Shown: positions 10,146-19,664 of the stretch, piece after piece
How positions within the stretch are numbered: position 1 is the first letter of the stretch
How the letters are laid out: every line of letters starts with the position of its first letter
DNA from: Candidatus Moranbacteria bacterium CG10_big_fil_rev_8_21_14_0_10_35_21
GTDB taxonomy: Bacteria > Patescibacteriota > Minisyncoccia > Moranbacterales > UBA2206
DNA length: 53,991 bases
NCBI GenBank assembly: GCA_002773095.1
Contig: PFCG01000029.1
Location: 1 to 53,991, forward strand
Direction: 5' to 3'
Translations under genes and position numbers: made by a program
The notes under the pieces: model-generated
Seen by the model: only the letters and a program-made list of their open reading frames with translations
Told to the model about the DNA's origin: nothing
Database searches by the model: none

Positions 10146-11099
10146 ATGACTAAAAATCTAACTAAGACAATTCAAAACACTATTTTCCAAAACAATCTTT
10201 TGGAAAAAGACTCCAGGATTGTGCTTGGAGTTTCAGGGGGACCGGATTCGGTTTGCCTTTTGAATATTTTATTTAATTTGCAAAAAAAATATTCTCTGGA
10301 ACTAATTATTGCTCATGTGAATTATGGATTACGCGGAAAAGATTCTGAGCAGGATGAAAGGTTTGTTAAAACTTTAGCTGAAAAATATGGCCTAGAAATG
10401 GCTATCCTAAAGCCTAAAATTAAAGCTAAGAAAAATTTAGAAAATAATTTGCGAGATATCCGTTATATTTTTTTTGAAAAAATTAGAAAAAATAATAATT
10501 TTGATTTAATCGCCGTGGCTCATAATTTAGACGATCAAGTAGAAACTTTTTTGATGCGCCTCATCCGTGGATCAGGATTATCTGGACTGGCTGGAATGAA
10601 ATATCAAAACGAAAAAATTATTCGTCCATTATTGGGAACAACGCGGAAAGAAATTTTGGAATATCTCAAAAAAAATAAATTAAATTATCGAATTGATAAA
10701 ACTAATGCCGAGGATTTATTTTTGCGCAACAAAATCAGAAATAAATTAATCCCGTATTTGAAAAAAGAATTTAATCCTAATATTACCGAAACTATTTTTG
10801 CGGAAACACAATCTATTGGAGAAGATTATGATTTTATTTTTTCTTCTGCTCAAAAATATAACTTTTCTCAATTCTTAAGTGCTAAAAAAATTTTGAGTTT
10901 TCATCCGGCCATCCAAAAAACTATTCTGCGCCAAAAAATTGCTGACCTTAAAAGCAATTTGAAAAATATTGAAGTCTCCCATATTGAAGAAATTTTAAAA
11001 ATTATCAAAAGCACTAAAAGCAAACATCAGGTTGTAATATTCAAAGAGTTGAAAATCACCAGAAAAGGTGATAAGGTTGTAATTAGGAAAATAAAGTAA
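10146..11099 (+). CDS. tilS: tRNA(Ile)-lysidine synthetase
   Basis: SGGPDS PP-loop, HVNYGLRG, AHNLDDQVET, RPLL, RNKIR. Confidence 0.95.
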   Translation: MTKNLTKTIQNTIFQNNLLEKDSRIVLGVSGGPDSVCLLNILFNLQKKYSLELIIAHVNYGLRGKDSEQDERFVKTLAEKYGLEMAILKPKIKAKKNLENNLRDIRYIFFEKIRKNNNFDLIAVAHNLDDQVETFLMRLIRGSGLSGLAGMKYQNEKIIRPLLGTTRKEILEYLKKNKLNYRIDKTNAEDLFLRNKIRNKLIPYLKKEFNPNITETIFAETQSIGEDYDFIFSSAQKYNFSQFLSAKKILSFHPAIQKTILRQKIADLKSNLKNIEVSHIEEILKIIKSTKSKHQVVIFKELKITRKGDKVVIRKIK

Positions 11100-11111
11100 G
11101 TAAAAATATTT

Positions 11112-12998
11112 ATGAAAAATCTAATTAGAAATGTCGGGGCGGTTTTGATTACCTTTATGCTAATTTCTGGAATTTTTGTTCTTTATTCCGCCCCTAAAGA
11201 GAAACCAGAAGATGTTTCCTTAAGCACACTAGTTTCTCAAATCAATGAGGGTAAAGTTACTGAAATTTCCGTTACCAACGACCAATTGGCGATTGAGTTG
11301 AAAGAGGGTAAGAAAGAAAAAGCCATCAAAGAGAGGGAATCAGGCTTAACTGAATCACTAAAAAATTATGGAGTAGATCCAGAAAAGCTTAAATTAGTTA
11401 ATATCAAGGTTAAGGAAGACTCTTCAGCCTCCTTCTGGCTAAGTTCAGTTTTGCCTTTTCTATTGCCTTTTCTATTGGTTGGTGCCTTCATTTGGTATAT
11501 GTTTCGCCAGGCACAAAGAGGTAATAAACAAGCTTTATCTTTTGGATCTTCCCGCGCTCGTGTTATTAATCCTAAGGACAAAAAGAATCGGACTACCTTT
11601 AAAGATGTAGCTGGAGCCAAAGAAGCCAAAGAAGAACTTTATGAAATTGTAGAATTTTTAAAAAGCCCTCTAAAATTTATTAAACTAGGAGCTAAAATTC
11701 CCAAAGGAGTTCTCCTATTAGGTTCTCCAGGAACTGGAAAAACTTTAATTGCCAAGGCAGTGGCTGGAGAAGCTAATGTGCCATTTTTCAATATTTCTGG
11801 ATCGGAATTTGTAGAAATGTTTGTGGGAGTGGGAGCGTCCCGAGTGCGCGATCTTTTTAAACAGGCCAAAAAAAATTCACCAGCTATCGTTTTTATTGAT
11901 GAAATTGACGCTGTAGGTCGTCATCGAGGAGCTGGCCTAGGTGGAGGTCATGATGAAAGAGAACAAACCCTAAATCAAATTTTGGTAGAGATGGACGGCT
12001 TTGATACTAACATTAATGTTATTGTTATTGCCGCCACTAACCGACCGGATGTTTTAGATCCAGCTCTTTTGCGACCAGGACGTTTTGATCGACGAGTAGT
12101 TATGGATTTACCAGATATTGAAGAAAGAGAGGCTATTTTAAAAATTCATTCAAAAAACAAACCTTTAGTTAAAAATGTTGAATTAAGAGCCATCGCCGAA
12201 AGAACTTCCGGATTTTCCGGAGCCGATTTATCTAATCTCTTGAATGAAGCCGCTATTCTGACTGCCCGCCGTAGCAAAAAAGAAATTAGTATGGACGAAT
12301 TAACTGAATCTATAGAAAAAGTTATTCTTGGACCAGAAAGAAAAAGTCGAAGAATTGATAAAGATGAACAGAAAATTATAGCTTACCATGAAGCTGGACA
12401 TGCGCTGATTGGATCTATCTTAGAACACGCCGATCCAGTTCAAAAAGTTTCTATTATTTCTCGCGGACAAGCTGGAGGCTATACTTTAAGCGCTCCTTCT
12501 AAAGACAAACGCCTACTCTCTAAAAATTACTTTCTTGATGAACTTTCAGTTTTTCTAGGAGGTTATGTGAGCGAAAAGTTGCAATTCCAAGAAGTAACCA
12601 CGGGAGCTTCTAATGATTTAGAAAGAGCCACGGCCATCGCTCGCAATTTAGTTACCCGTTATGGAATGAGTGAATTGGGACCAAGAACTTTCGGACATAA
12701 AGAAGAAATGGTTTTTCTAGGCAAAGAACTTTCGGAACAAAAGAATTATTCAGAAAAAACTTCCGAAGCCATTGATCAACAAGTTTCCCAATTCATTGCT
12801 AACGCTTATGAAGTAGCTGAAAAAGTATTGAAAGAAAAAAAGGATGTTTTGGAAAAAATAGTGGCCGTCCTTTTGAAAAAAGAGACTATTGAACGATCCG
12901 AATTTGAAGAATTAGTAGGTATTAAAAAAGTAGCCGTTCCTGAAGAAAAATCCACTCTAAAAACAACTAAAACTAACCCTGATGAAAAAACAAATTAA
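11112..12998 (+). CDS. ftsH: ATP-dependent zinc metalloprotease FtsH
   Basis: Two TM helices, [20 protein letters not shown]. Confidence 0.98.
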   Translation: MKNLIRNVGAVLITFMLISGIFVLYSAPKEKPEDVSLSTLVSQINEGKVTEISVTNDQLAIELKEGKKEKAIKERESGLTESLKNYGVDPEKLKLVNIKVKEDSSASFWLSSVLPFLLPFLLVGAFIWYMFRQAQRGNKQALSFGSSRARVINPKDKKNRTTFKDVAGAKEAKEELYEIVEFLKSPLKFIKLGAKIPKGVLLLGSPGTGKTLIAKAVAGEANVPFFNISGSEFVEMFVGVGASRVRDLFKQAKKNSPAIVFIDEIDAVGRHRGAGLGGGHDEREQTLNQILVEMDGFDTNINVIVIAATNRPDVLDPALLRPGRFDRRVVMDLPDIEEREAILKIHSKNKPLVKNVELRAIAERTSGFSGADLSNLLNEAAILTARRSKKEISMDELTESIEKVILGPERKSRRIDKDEQKIIAYHEAGHALIGSILEHADPVQKVSIISRGQAGGYTLSAPSKDKRLLSKNYFLDELSVFLGGYVSEKLQFQEVTTGASNDLERATAIARNLVTRYGMSELGPRTFGHKEEMVFLGKELSEQKNYSEKTSEAIDQQVSQFIANAYEVAEKVLKEKKDVLEKIVAVLLKKETIERSEFEELVGIKKVAVPEEKSTLKTTKTNPDEKTN

Positions 12999-13950
12999 GG
13001 ATATTCCTTATTTGGAAATTCTCAAAAAAAGCTGGAAAATAACCTGGAGCCATAAATATCTTTGGTGGCTTGGTCTTTTTATTTCTTTGGGTAGTTTAGG
13101 AACTTCCTTCAACTACTCTTCTGGAGATAATGAAATAATAACCGAGGCTGGACAAAAATTTATTCAATTTATAAATACCCACTATGCAATCTTTTTAACT
13201 CTTGTTTTATTGGTTTCGCTTTTATTTATTGGCTTAGCTCTTTTGAGTTTACTAGCCCGAGGAGGGTTGATACGTTCTGTAAAAAATATTTTAGAAGGAA
13301 AAAATGTTTCTTTGAAAGAAAGCTGGAAATTTGGCAGAGAAAATTTCCTAAAAATTTTTTCCATTACTCTTGTAATCGGGCTATTTATGTTTCTAGCTTT
13401 GCTCATTTTAATTGTTCCAATTGCCCTTCTTTTCTTTAACCATTCTTATTGGATTGGAGGCATTTTAACTTTTTTGGCTATCCTAATAGTTATTCCGTTG
13501 TTCATTTTGGCTTTTTTTATTCGTACTTTTGGTTATCTTTACGCAATTTTAGGTCGGCTTTCCATTTGGAGTTCTATCGAAAATGCTTATTTTATTTTTT
13601 CCAAGAACATCGGTCCTAGTTTCATTATGGGATTGATCTTTTTGCCCGTTAATATCTTAGTAGGTTTGGGATTACTAATTATGCTTATTCCCTTGGCTAT
13701 TGTTTTTATTATTTTGGGTGGATTACTTTATTTGGTTTTGCAAAAAACCGGAATTATTATTGCCGCTTCTATTGGAGTCTTAGTCTTTTTAATAATTATA
13801 TTAATAGTTAAATCAGCTTACGCTGTTTTTAATCAAACCGCTTGGCTTTTATTCTTCCAAGAAATCGCTTCTCCAAAAAAGGAAGAGCCAATTATAGAAA
13901 AAGTTTTGGAAATCGAACCTAAACCCATCCCCGAACCGGAAGTGGGGTAG
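12982..13950 (+). CDS. multi-pass membrane protein of unknown function
   Basis: 322 aa with about 6-7 hydrophobic helices; overlaps the end of ftsH. Confidence 0.75.
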   Translation: MKKQIKDIPYLEILKKSWKITWSHKYLWWLGLFISLGSLGTSFNYSSGDNEIITEAGQKFIQFINTHYAIFLTLVLLVSLLFIGLALLSLLARGGLIRSVKNILEGKNVSLKESWKFGRENFLKIFSITLVIGLFMFLALLILIVPIALLFFNHSYWIGGILTFLAILIVIPLFILAFFIRTFGYLYAILGRLSIWSSIENAYFIFSKNIGPSFIMGLIFLPVNILVGLGLLIMLIPLAIVFIILGGLLYLVLQKTGIIIAASIGVLVFLIIILIVKSAYAVFNQTAWLLFFQEIASPKKEEPIIEKVLEIEPKPIPEPEVG

Positions 13951-13963
13951 GATATAAACATTA

Positions 13964-13995
13964 AAAAACAACTCTAACTATTAAGAGTTGTTTTT
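13964..13995 (+). terminator. intrinsic terminator
   Basis: AAAAACAACTCT/AGAGTTGTTTTT hairpin. Confidence 0.65.
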
Positions 13996-14064
13996 AAATT
14001 CCGATTGACTGATTATTTCTTTTGAAATAAGATAGAAATGTTATCCATTTCTTTTTCACACTTA

Positions 14065-14141
14065 GGACACGTAGCTCAGCTGGTTAGAGCGTTTCCTTGA
14101 CATGGAAAAGGTCAGAGGTTCGAGTCCTCTCGCGTCCACCA
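14065..14141 (+). tRNA. tRNA-Val (GAC)
   Basis: Cloverleaf: anticodon arm TTTCC-TTGACAT-GGAAA, GGTTCGAGTCC T-arm, encoded CCA. Confidence 0.95.
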
Positions 14142-14162
14142 AAAAATATATATAAAATAAAC

Positions 14163-14237
14163 GGGACTGTAGCTCAGTGGTAGAGCGCGCGACTCATAAT
14201 CGCTTGGTCGTAGGTTCGAACCCTACCAGTCCCACCA
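14163..14237 (+). tRNA. tRNA with CAT anticodon, probably tRNA-Ile2 (lysidine-modified)
   Basis: Cloverleaf with GCGA-CTCATAA-TCGC arm; G1:C72 paired, so not initiator; anticodon arm and variable region GCGACTCATAATCGCTTGGTCG resemble bacterial Ile2 tRNAs; encoded CCA. Confidence 0.9.
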
Positions 14238-14239
14238 AA

Positions 14240-15187
14240 TTATTTCTTCCTCCGTCTGGCATGAAAAGTTTTGTGAATGTCTCTTAATTGGCGATTGGTG
14301 ACATGAGTATAAATTTGCGTGGTTGTGATAGAGGAATGTCCTAACATAGCTTGCACACTGCGAATATCGGCTCCATTGATGAGTAAATCAGTGGCAAAGG
14401 AATGACGCAATGTGTGTGGATGGACTTCTTTGATGATTCTGGCCTTAGCTGCATAATATTTTACAATTCTCTGGATAGTACGTGGCGTTAAACGTAAACT
14501 TTTTTCTTTTTTAGTGTTTTCATTTTCCGTTCGACTTTCAAATTGTTTCAAGGCCTTCACATCTTGCACAAAAAGAGCTGGATCTATATCACTTCTTTTA
14601 TCCAAATATTTTTCCAATGATTTTTTGGCCCGATCAGAAACAAAAACTACTCGCACTTTATCACCCTTACCACGAATGCTAAATTCTTGGTTTTTTAAAT
14701 CTAATTTTTCCCGATTAATACTGACCAACTCAGAAACTCGCAAACCAGCTGAAAAAAGAAGCTCCAATATGGCTCGATCGCGTATTGATTTAAAGTCCTG
14801 ACCGGAAGCCGCGTCTATAATCCTCTCCACCTCTTCTGATTCTAAAAATTCTATTTCTCTCCGCGAGGATTTACCCACTTCCACTTTCTCGGCAGCCAAA
14901 GTCTGAATGTCTTTCTTATTGAGATACTTCAAAAAACTCCTCAAAGCAATAATATAGTAGTTTTGGGTGTTTTTCTTCAGAGCTTTTCCCTCTTTTTCTC
15001 CCAACCGATTGAGAAAAATGCGATAATCCCGAACTAGGGCTTCAGTTATCTTTTCCGGTTGAGAAACCTTGGCCCAATCCAAAAAGCGATCCAAATAATG
15101 GTTATAATTTTCATTAGTTTTCCGGGATCGACCCTTTTCGATTTCCAGATATTCCAGATATTGACTTTTGAGCTTTCTGAGATCCAT
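14240..15187 (-). CDS. XerC/XerD-family tyrosine recombinase
   Basis: RDRAILELL..GLRVSEL, GKGDKVR, HTLRHSFAT, LGHSSITTTQIYTH. Confidence 0.93.
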   Translation of the reverse strand: MDLRKLKSQYLEYLEIEKGRSRKTNENYNHYLDRFLDWAKVSQPEKITEALVRDYRIFLNRLGEKEGKALKKNTQNYYIIALRSFLKYLNKKDIQTLAAEKVEVGKSSRREIEFLESEEVERIIDAASGQDFKSIRDRAILELLFSAGLRVSELVSINREKLDLKNQEFSIRGKGDKVRVVFVSDRAKKSLEKYLDKRSDIDPALFVQDVKALKQFESRTENENTKKEKSLRLTPRTIQRIVKYYAAKARIIKEVHPHTLRHSFATDLLINGADIRSVQAMLGHSSITTTQIYTHVTNRQLRDIHKTFHARRRKK

Positions 15188-15341
15188 AAAATGAGCCTAC
15201 TATTACTTTTGCGACACCAACAAATTCATCATACACCATCTAAACTGAAAAAGAAATACTTTCTTTTTCAGTTTAGATTAAACCGTTTTATTGGCTATAT
15301 TGAGCCCTTAACTGACTCTTCAAATTTTGCCTATATTTTGG

Positions 15342-15370
15342 TTGACAGGTTTTTCATACTGCGCTATAGT
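15342..15370 (+). promoter_or_regulatory. sigma70-type promoter
   Basis: TTGACA-17 bp-TATAGT upstream of the LysM gene. Confidence 0.6.
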
Positions 15371-15487
15371 TACTTTTGATAAAAATTAGGGTTTTTAGTC
15401 GATGGGCTGTTTCTCAGTTATCTCAATGCTCTTAAACTAGAACCAAAAAGAAAGGTTATCGCCATTAGTAAACTGAATTTATTCTCA

Positions 15488-16645
15488 TTGAAAAGTTTAT
15501 TAGGACGTCCCAATTTGAAGAACCTGGTCACCCGGGTTTATCTTATTCAAAAGAGCATTACTAGATTTATTAAGGAGCGACGCACTATAAAAGCGCTCCA
15601 TCTTTTTAGAAATTATTCTGCCTTATTCGTTGTGGCTAGCAGCGCCGTTTTAGTTTCGGCCACCAACCTGGCTGCTGGTAAAGAATCTAGCGGATTTTTA
15701 TTTGGCTATTTTGGAGAAACAGAAAACCATAGCAATCCAGTTGAAAATAATATGTCTTTAAAAGCCGACAAAAAAAGTGATTTAGCTTTGGTTAAATTAG
15801 CTCAAGCCAGCACCGCTCCTGAACCGACCTTACCAACCGCTGCACCAGTTGAAGAAGAAATTATTACTACTGAAGGTCAAGCTTTGATTGCCAGAAATAA
15901 TCAGGTTCAAAAAGCACCAGCTAAAGAAGGTGGAGTTGTTATTTATGAAGTTAAGGAAGGCGACACTATAGGAGCAATCGCTACTAATAACAACATCACC
16001 ATCAATACTATCCTTTGGGCTAACGAAATTGATGATATTGATTCTATTATGCCTGGAGATAAAATATTTATTCTGCCAGTTTCTGGTATGAATTATACAA
16101 TTAAGAAAAGTGATACGCTGGATAGCATTGCCAAAAAATACAAAGCCGACAAAAAACAAATTATGGCTTTTAACAATCTTCCCGCTAACGAAGAAATTAA
16201 GGAGGGAGAAACGATTGTTATCCCAGGAGGCATTAAAGAGACTCCTCAGCCAGCTTCTACTACCGGCAGAATTGCTACCCGTCCCTATGAATCTTTTGAA
16301 GAATTCAGTGGTAAGAAACTAGATGGAAAAGCCGGAACTGGACGCAGTTTTCCTTATGGATATTGCACCTGGTATGTGGCCAAAAAACGTTATATTCCCT
16401 GGTCTGGAAATGCCGGAACTTGGTTATACAAGGCAAAGTCTATGGGCTATGCCACCGGAAAAAAACCTAAAGTTGGATCTATTATGGTTACAACAGAAAA
16501 TGCTTATTACGGACATGTGGCCTATGTTGAAAAAGTGAATGAAAATATGATAACTGTCTCCGAAATGAATTTTATCGACTTCGCAAAAATTTCTAGAAGA
16601 ACTCTAGATGCACGAAGTCGAGTAATTAAAGGTTTCATATATTAA
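15488..16645 (+). CDS. LysM x2 + CHAP-domain peptidoglycan hydrolase
   Basis: YEVKEGDTIGAIA and YTIKKSDTLDSIA LysM repeats; GYCTWY..GNAGTW..GHVAYVE..SEMN CHAP; start uncertain. Confidence 0.9.
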   Translation: MKSLLGRPNLKNLVTRVYLIQKSITRFIKERRTIKALHLFRNYSALFVVASSAVLVSATNLAAGKESSGFLFGYFGETENHSNPVENNMSLKADKKSDLALVKLAQASTAPEPTLPTAAPVEEEIITTEGQALIARNNQVQKAPAKEGGVVIYEVKEGDTIGAIATNNNITINTILWANEIDDIDSIMPGDKIFILPVSGMNYTIKKSDTLDSIAKKYKADKKQIMAFNNLPANEEIKEGETIVIPGGIKETPQPASTTGRIATRPYESFEEFSGKKLDGKAGTGRSFPYGYCTWYVAKKRYIPWSGNAGTWLYKAKSMGYATGKKPKVGSIMVTTENAYYGHVAYVEKVNENMITVSEMNFIDFAKISRRTLDARSRVIKGFIY

Positions 16646-16652
16646 TATTGAG

Positions 16653-16726
16653 GCGCATTTCCAGACATCCGATGTCTTCAGGTTGTTATGGTCGCGAGAC
16701 ATCGGATGTCTCAAGGGAGAATGCGC
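16653..16726. repeat. REP-doublet-like inverted palindrome pair
   Basis: AGACATCCGATGTCT (16663-16677) and its reverse complement AGACATCGGATGTCT (16697-16711), enclosed by GCGCATT/AATGCGC. Confidence 0.7.
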
Positions 16727-16732
16727 TCATTT

Positions 16733-16767
16733 AAAAAAGACTTAGCGCTATAGCTAAGTCTTTTTTT
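16733..16767. terminator. bidirectional intrinsic terminator
   Basis: AAAAAAGACTTAGC/GCTAAGTCTTTTTT between convergent genes. Confidence 0.75.
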
Positions 16768-16769
16768 AT

Positions 16770-18989
16770 TTAAACTTTTTTCAAAGGAGCGATGGAAGCG
16801 GATAATTTTTTTAAACCGCTTTTGGAAAAAGCCACCGTGAGCGTATCCCCTTGAGAAGCCACAATAATTCCTTCACCAAAAACTTCGTGAATTACTCGAT
16901 TGCCATCTTTAAAGCTCGTAACTTGTAACTCGTAACTCGTAACGCCATTAGATTTAGACTTACTATTTTTAATAAATTGAATTTCGTGTTTCGTTTTTAG
17001 TTTGTATTTTGAATTTTGGAATTTATTTGGAAATTGGAAATTGAGACTTGGAGTTTCCGCAGCTTGAATGAGATGCGACGGGATATCATCCAAAAATCTT
17101 GAGGGCGCGTTGCTTTGAGTAGAGCCGAAAATATTTCGTTCAGAAGTAAAAAGCAAATAAACTTTTTCCTTAGCCCGAGTTACCCCCACATACATCAACC
17201 TTCGCTCTTCTTCCATTTCACTTTGATTCAACATACTACGCGAATGAGGTAAAATTCCTTCTTCTAATCCAGCGATAAAAACTATTTTAAATTCTAATCC
17301 TTTGGCGCTGTGAAGAGTCATCAGATGCACTGCATCAATTTCTTGACTGATATCATCCGTATCAGAAACCAAAGCCACTTCTTCTAAAAATAATCTTAGG
17401 CCTTCAGCTCCGATATATTCGTCATATTTTTTAGCCACGGTTAATAATTCGTAGATATTTTCTTTTCTTATTTCACCTTCTTCTGTTCCATCCATCAACA
17501 TTTTTTCATAGCCAGAATGGGAAAAAACAAACCCAATCAAACCAACCATACTTTCTTTAGATATTTTTTCTTCCGCTCGACGAATAAAATCACAGAATTT
17601 TTTAATGGCATCTATTTTTGATTCATTTAATTTACTCTCGGGTCCTATTTTTAATCCAGCTTCAACTAAATTCAAACCTAGAGATTGAGCAAATTCCGTC
17701 CATTTTTTCAGACTCACCGGCCCAATGCTTCTTCTTGGTTCATTAATTATCCTTTCCAAAGAAACCAGGTCATCATGATTTTGAATTAGACGCAAATAAG
17801 CGACCATATCCTTAATTTCTTTTCTTTGATAAAATTTCAACCCACCTACTATTCGATAAGGGATAGAATTTTTTAACATCGACTCTTCTATAATTCGAGA
17901 TTGAGCGTTGGTCCGATAAAGCACCACAAAATCTCTGAATTTATATTTTTTTTCTCTCGTCCCGGTCAAAACTTCCGCCACCATAAATTCGGCTTCATCT
18001 TTTTCACTCAAGGCTTCATAGGAACTAATCAGATGTCCGCCTTTTTGTTCAGTCCAAATTTTTTTATCTTTACGATTAATGTTTTTGGAAATAATGCCAT
18101 AAGCCGCATCTAAAATATTTTGACTAGAGCGATAATTCTGTTCCAATTTGATGACTTTGGCTTCGGGATAATCTTTTTCAAAATCCAAAATGTTTTGAAT
18201 GTTGGCTCCCCGAAAAGAATAGACTCCTTGCCAATCATCTCCCACCACACAAATATTTTTATTTCGCTTGGCTATCATACTGATCAAATCGTATTGAGCA
18301 TGATTAGTATCTTGATATTCATCCACCATAATATATTTAAAAAATCTTTGATATTTTTCTAAAACTTCAGGAAAATCATGAAAAACTTTTACGGTGAACA
18401 TCAGAATATCGTCAAAATCCAAAGCATTTTGTTCTTTTAACTTTTTTTGATAAACCACATAAACTTTAGCCACAATTTCTTCATAATAGCCTCCTGCTTG
18501 TTTAGCAAAATCATCCGCTCCAATAAGATTGTTTTTAGCTTTAGAAATAGCCCCTAAAATAGATTTAGGTTTGAATTGTTTTAAGTCTATAGACAATTCT
18601 TTCATTGTTTTTTTTATCAGTCCTTGCTGATCTTGAGTATCAAAAATATTGAAAGATTTTTTGTAACCAATTTTCTCAATTTCGTGGCGTAAAATTTTGA
18701 CACAGATGGAATGGAAAGTTCCCACAATCGGAAAGTTGTCTCGAGAAAATTTTTCTTCGGAGAGCAATTTAATGATTCTTTCCTTCATTTCATTGGCTGC
18801 TTTGTTGGTAAAAGTCACAGCCAAAATATTTCTGGGATTAACTTTTTTTTCCTGAATTAAATAGGCCACTCGATGAGTGAGAGCTAAAGTTTTTCCGCTG
18901 CCCGCTCCGGCAATAATTAAGACCGCTCCTTCGGTGGTTTCCACTGCTTCGCGTTGCCGAGAATTAAGTTTTTCTAATAATTTATGCAT
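16770..18989 (-). CDS. pcrA: ATP-dependent DNA helicase PcrA/UvrD
   Basis: AGAGSGKT, TFTNKAA, VDEYQDTN, LEQNYRS, HSAKGLEF, EERRL; C-terminal Tudor-like domain. Confidence 0.96.
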   Translation of the reverse strand: MHKLLEKLNSRQREAVETTEGAVLIIAGAGSGKTLALTHRVAYLIQEKKVNPRNILAVTFTNKAANEMKERIIKLLSEEKFSRDNFPIVGTFHSICVKILRHEIEKIGYKKSFNIFDTQDQQGLIKKTMKELSIDLKQFKPKSILGAISKAKNNLIGADDFAKQAGGYYEEIVAKVYVVYQKKLKEQNALDFDDILMFTVKVFHDFPEVLEKYQRFFKYIMVDEYQDTNHAQYDLISMIAKRNKNICVVGDDWQGVYSFRGANIQNILDFEKDYPEAKVIKLEQNYRSSQNILDAAYGIISKNINRKDKKIWTEQKGGHLISSYEALSEKDEAEFMVAEVLTGTREKKYKFRDFVVLYRTNAQSRIIEESMLKNSIPYRIVGGLKFYQRKEIKDMVAYLRLIQNHDDLVSLERIINEPRRSIGPVSLKKWTEFAQSLGLNLVEAGLKIGPESKLNESKIDAIKKFCDFIRRAEEKISKESMVGLIGFVFSHSGYEKMLMDGTEEGEIRKENIYELLTVAKKYDEYIGAEGLRLFLEEVALVSDTDDISQEIDAVHLMTLHSAKGLEFKIVFIAGLEEGILPHSRSMLNQSEMEEERRLMYVGVTRAKEKVYLLFTSERNIFGSTQSNAPSRFLDDIPSHLIQAAETPSLNFQFPNKFQNSKYKLKTKHEIQFIKNSKSKSNGVTSYELQVTSFKDGNRVIHEVFGEGIIVASQGDTLTVAFSKSGLKKLSASIAPLKKV

Positions 18990-19048
18990 AACATTATTAT
19001 CTTAGCATACCAGAGACTGAAAAGTTTTGAAACAGCTGACTTTTTTTT

Positions 19049-19145
19049 ACCCCTCACCCAAACTATTCCGTGCGTGAGCACATAGTAGATGAATGGCAAA
19101 AACAAGTAGCGAATTACTCAGAAAGTAAGTTCGTGGGTGCGGGGT
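19049..19145. repeat. palindromic element with ACCCC...GGGGT termini
   Basis: ACCCCTCACCCA/TGGGTGCGGGGT terminal stem enclosing two inner hairpins. Confidence 0.6.
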
Positions 19146-19246
19146 TTGCTGGACAAATATCCTTTTGTATGCTAAGATATGTAGGTAATCAATAATAGCA
19201 GACATTGGTCTACGTCATGGCGGGACGAATGTTTAGCCGAAAAACT

Positions 19247-19516
19247 ATGTCTCTCACCAGCAAACAAAAGGAAAAAGTCACCAAAGATGTAAAAAGACAT
19301 GAGAAAGATTCTGGTTCGCCAGAATATCAAATTGCTCTTTTTACCGAAACAATAAAAAAACTTACCTCCCATTTGAAAAAAAATCCTAAAGACTTTCATT
19401 CTCGCCGAGGTTTACTCAAAATGGTTTCCAAACGAAAGAAATTAATGAGCTATCTGCAAAAGGTAGATGAAAAAACTTTCAAAAAAATTATAAAAAAACT
19501 TGATTTAAAAGGATAA
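19247..19516 (+). CDS. rpsO: 30S ribosomal protein S15
   Basis: HEKDSGSPEYQIA, HLKKNPKDFHSRRGL; ATG at 19247 gives 89 aa. Confidence 0.97.
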   Translation: MSLTSKQKEKVTKDVKRHEKDSGSPEYQIALFTETIKKLTSHLKKNPKDFHSRRGLLKMVSKRKKLMSYLQKVDEKTFKKIIKKLDLKG

Positions 19517-19525
19517 TCGAACTTT

Positions 19526-19547
19526 AAAAGCAGGGTAACCTGCTTTT
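19526..19547 (+). terminator. intrinsic terminator after rpsO
   Basis: AAAAGCAGG-GTAA-CCTGCTTTT. Confidence 0.7.
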
Positions 19548-19560
19548 GTTTTCAAACAAT

Positions 19561-19649
19561 TGTCATCCTGAACTTGATTCAGGATCTAATTACAAAACTA
19601 GTGATTACACTAAAACTCTATTAGATTCCGGATCAAGTCCGGAATGACA
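19561..19649. mobile_element. non-autonomous (empty) copy of the GIY-YIG-associated hairpin repeat element
   Basis: TGTCATCCTGAACTTGATTCAGGATCT ... AGATTCCGGATCAAGTCCGGAATGACA; left arm is 26/27 identical to the repeat at 28411. Confidence 0.75.
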
Positions 19650-19664
19650 AATAATATTAATTTT

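Noticed and set aside
19205-19246. Extended N-terminus of S15, and similar upstream starts for NYN, GIY-YIG, lspA, 32589, 36683, 41175 and 44211
   Set aside because: Downstream ATGs give family-typical lengths or avoid overlaps; the upstream starts fall in repeats, promoters or neighbouring genes.
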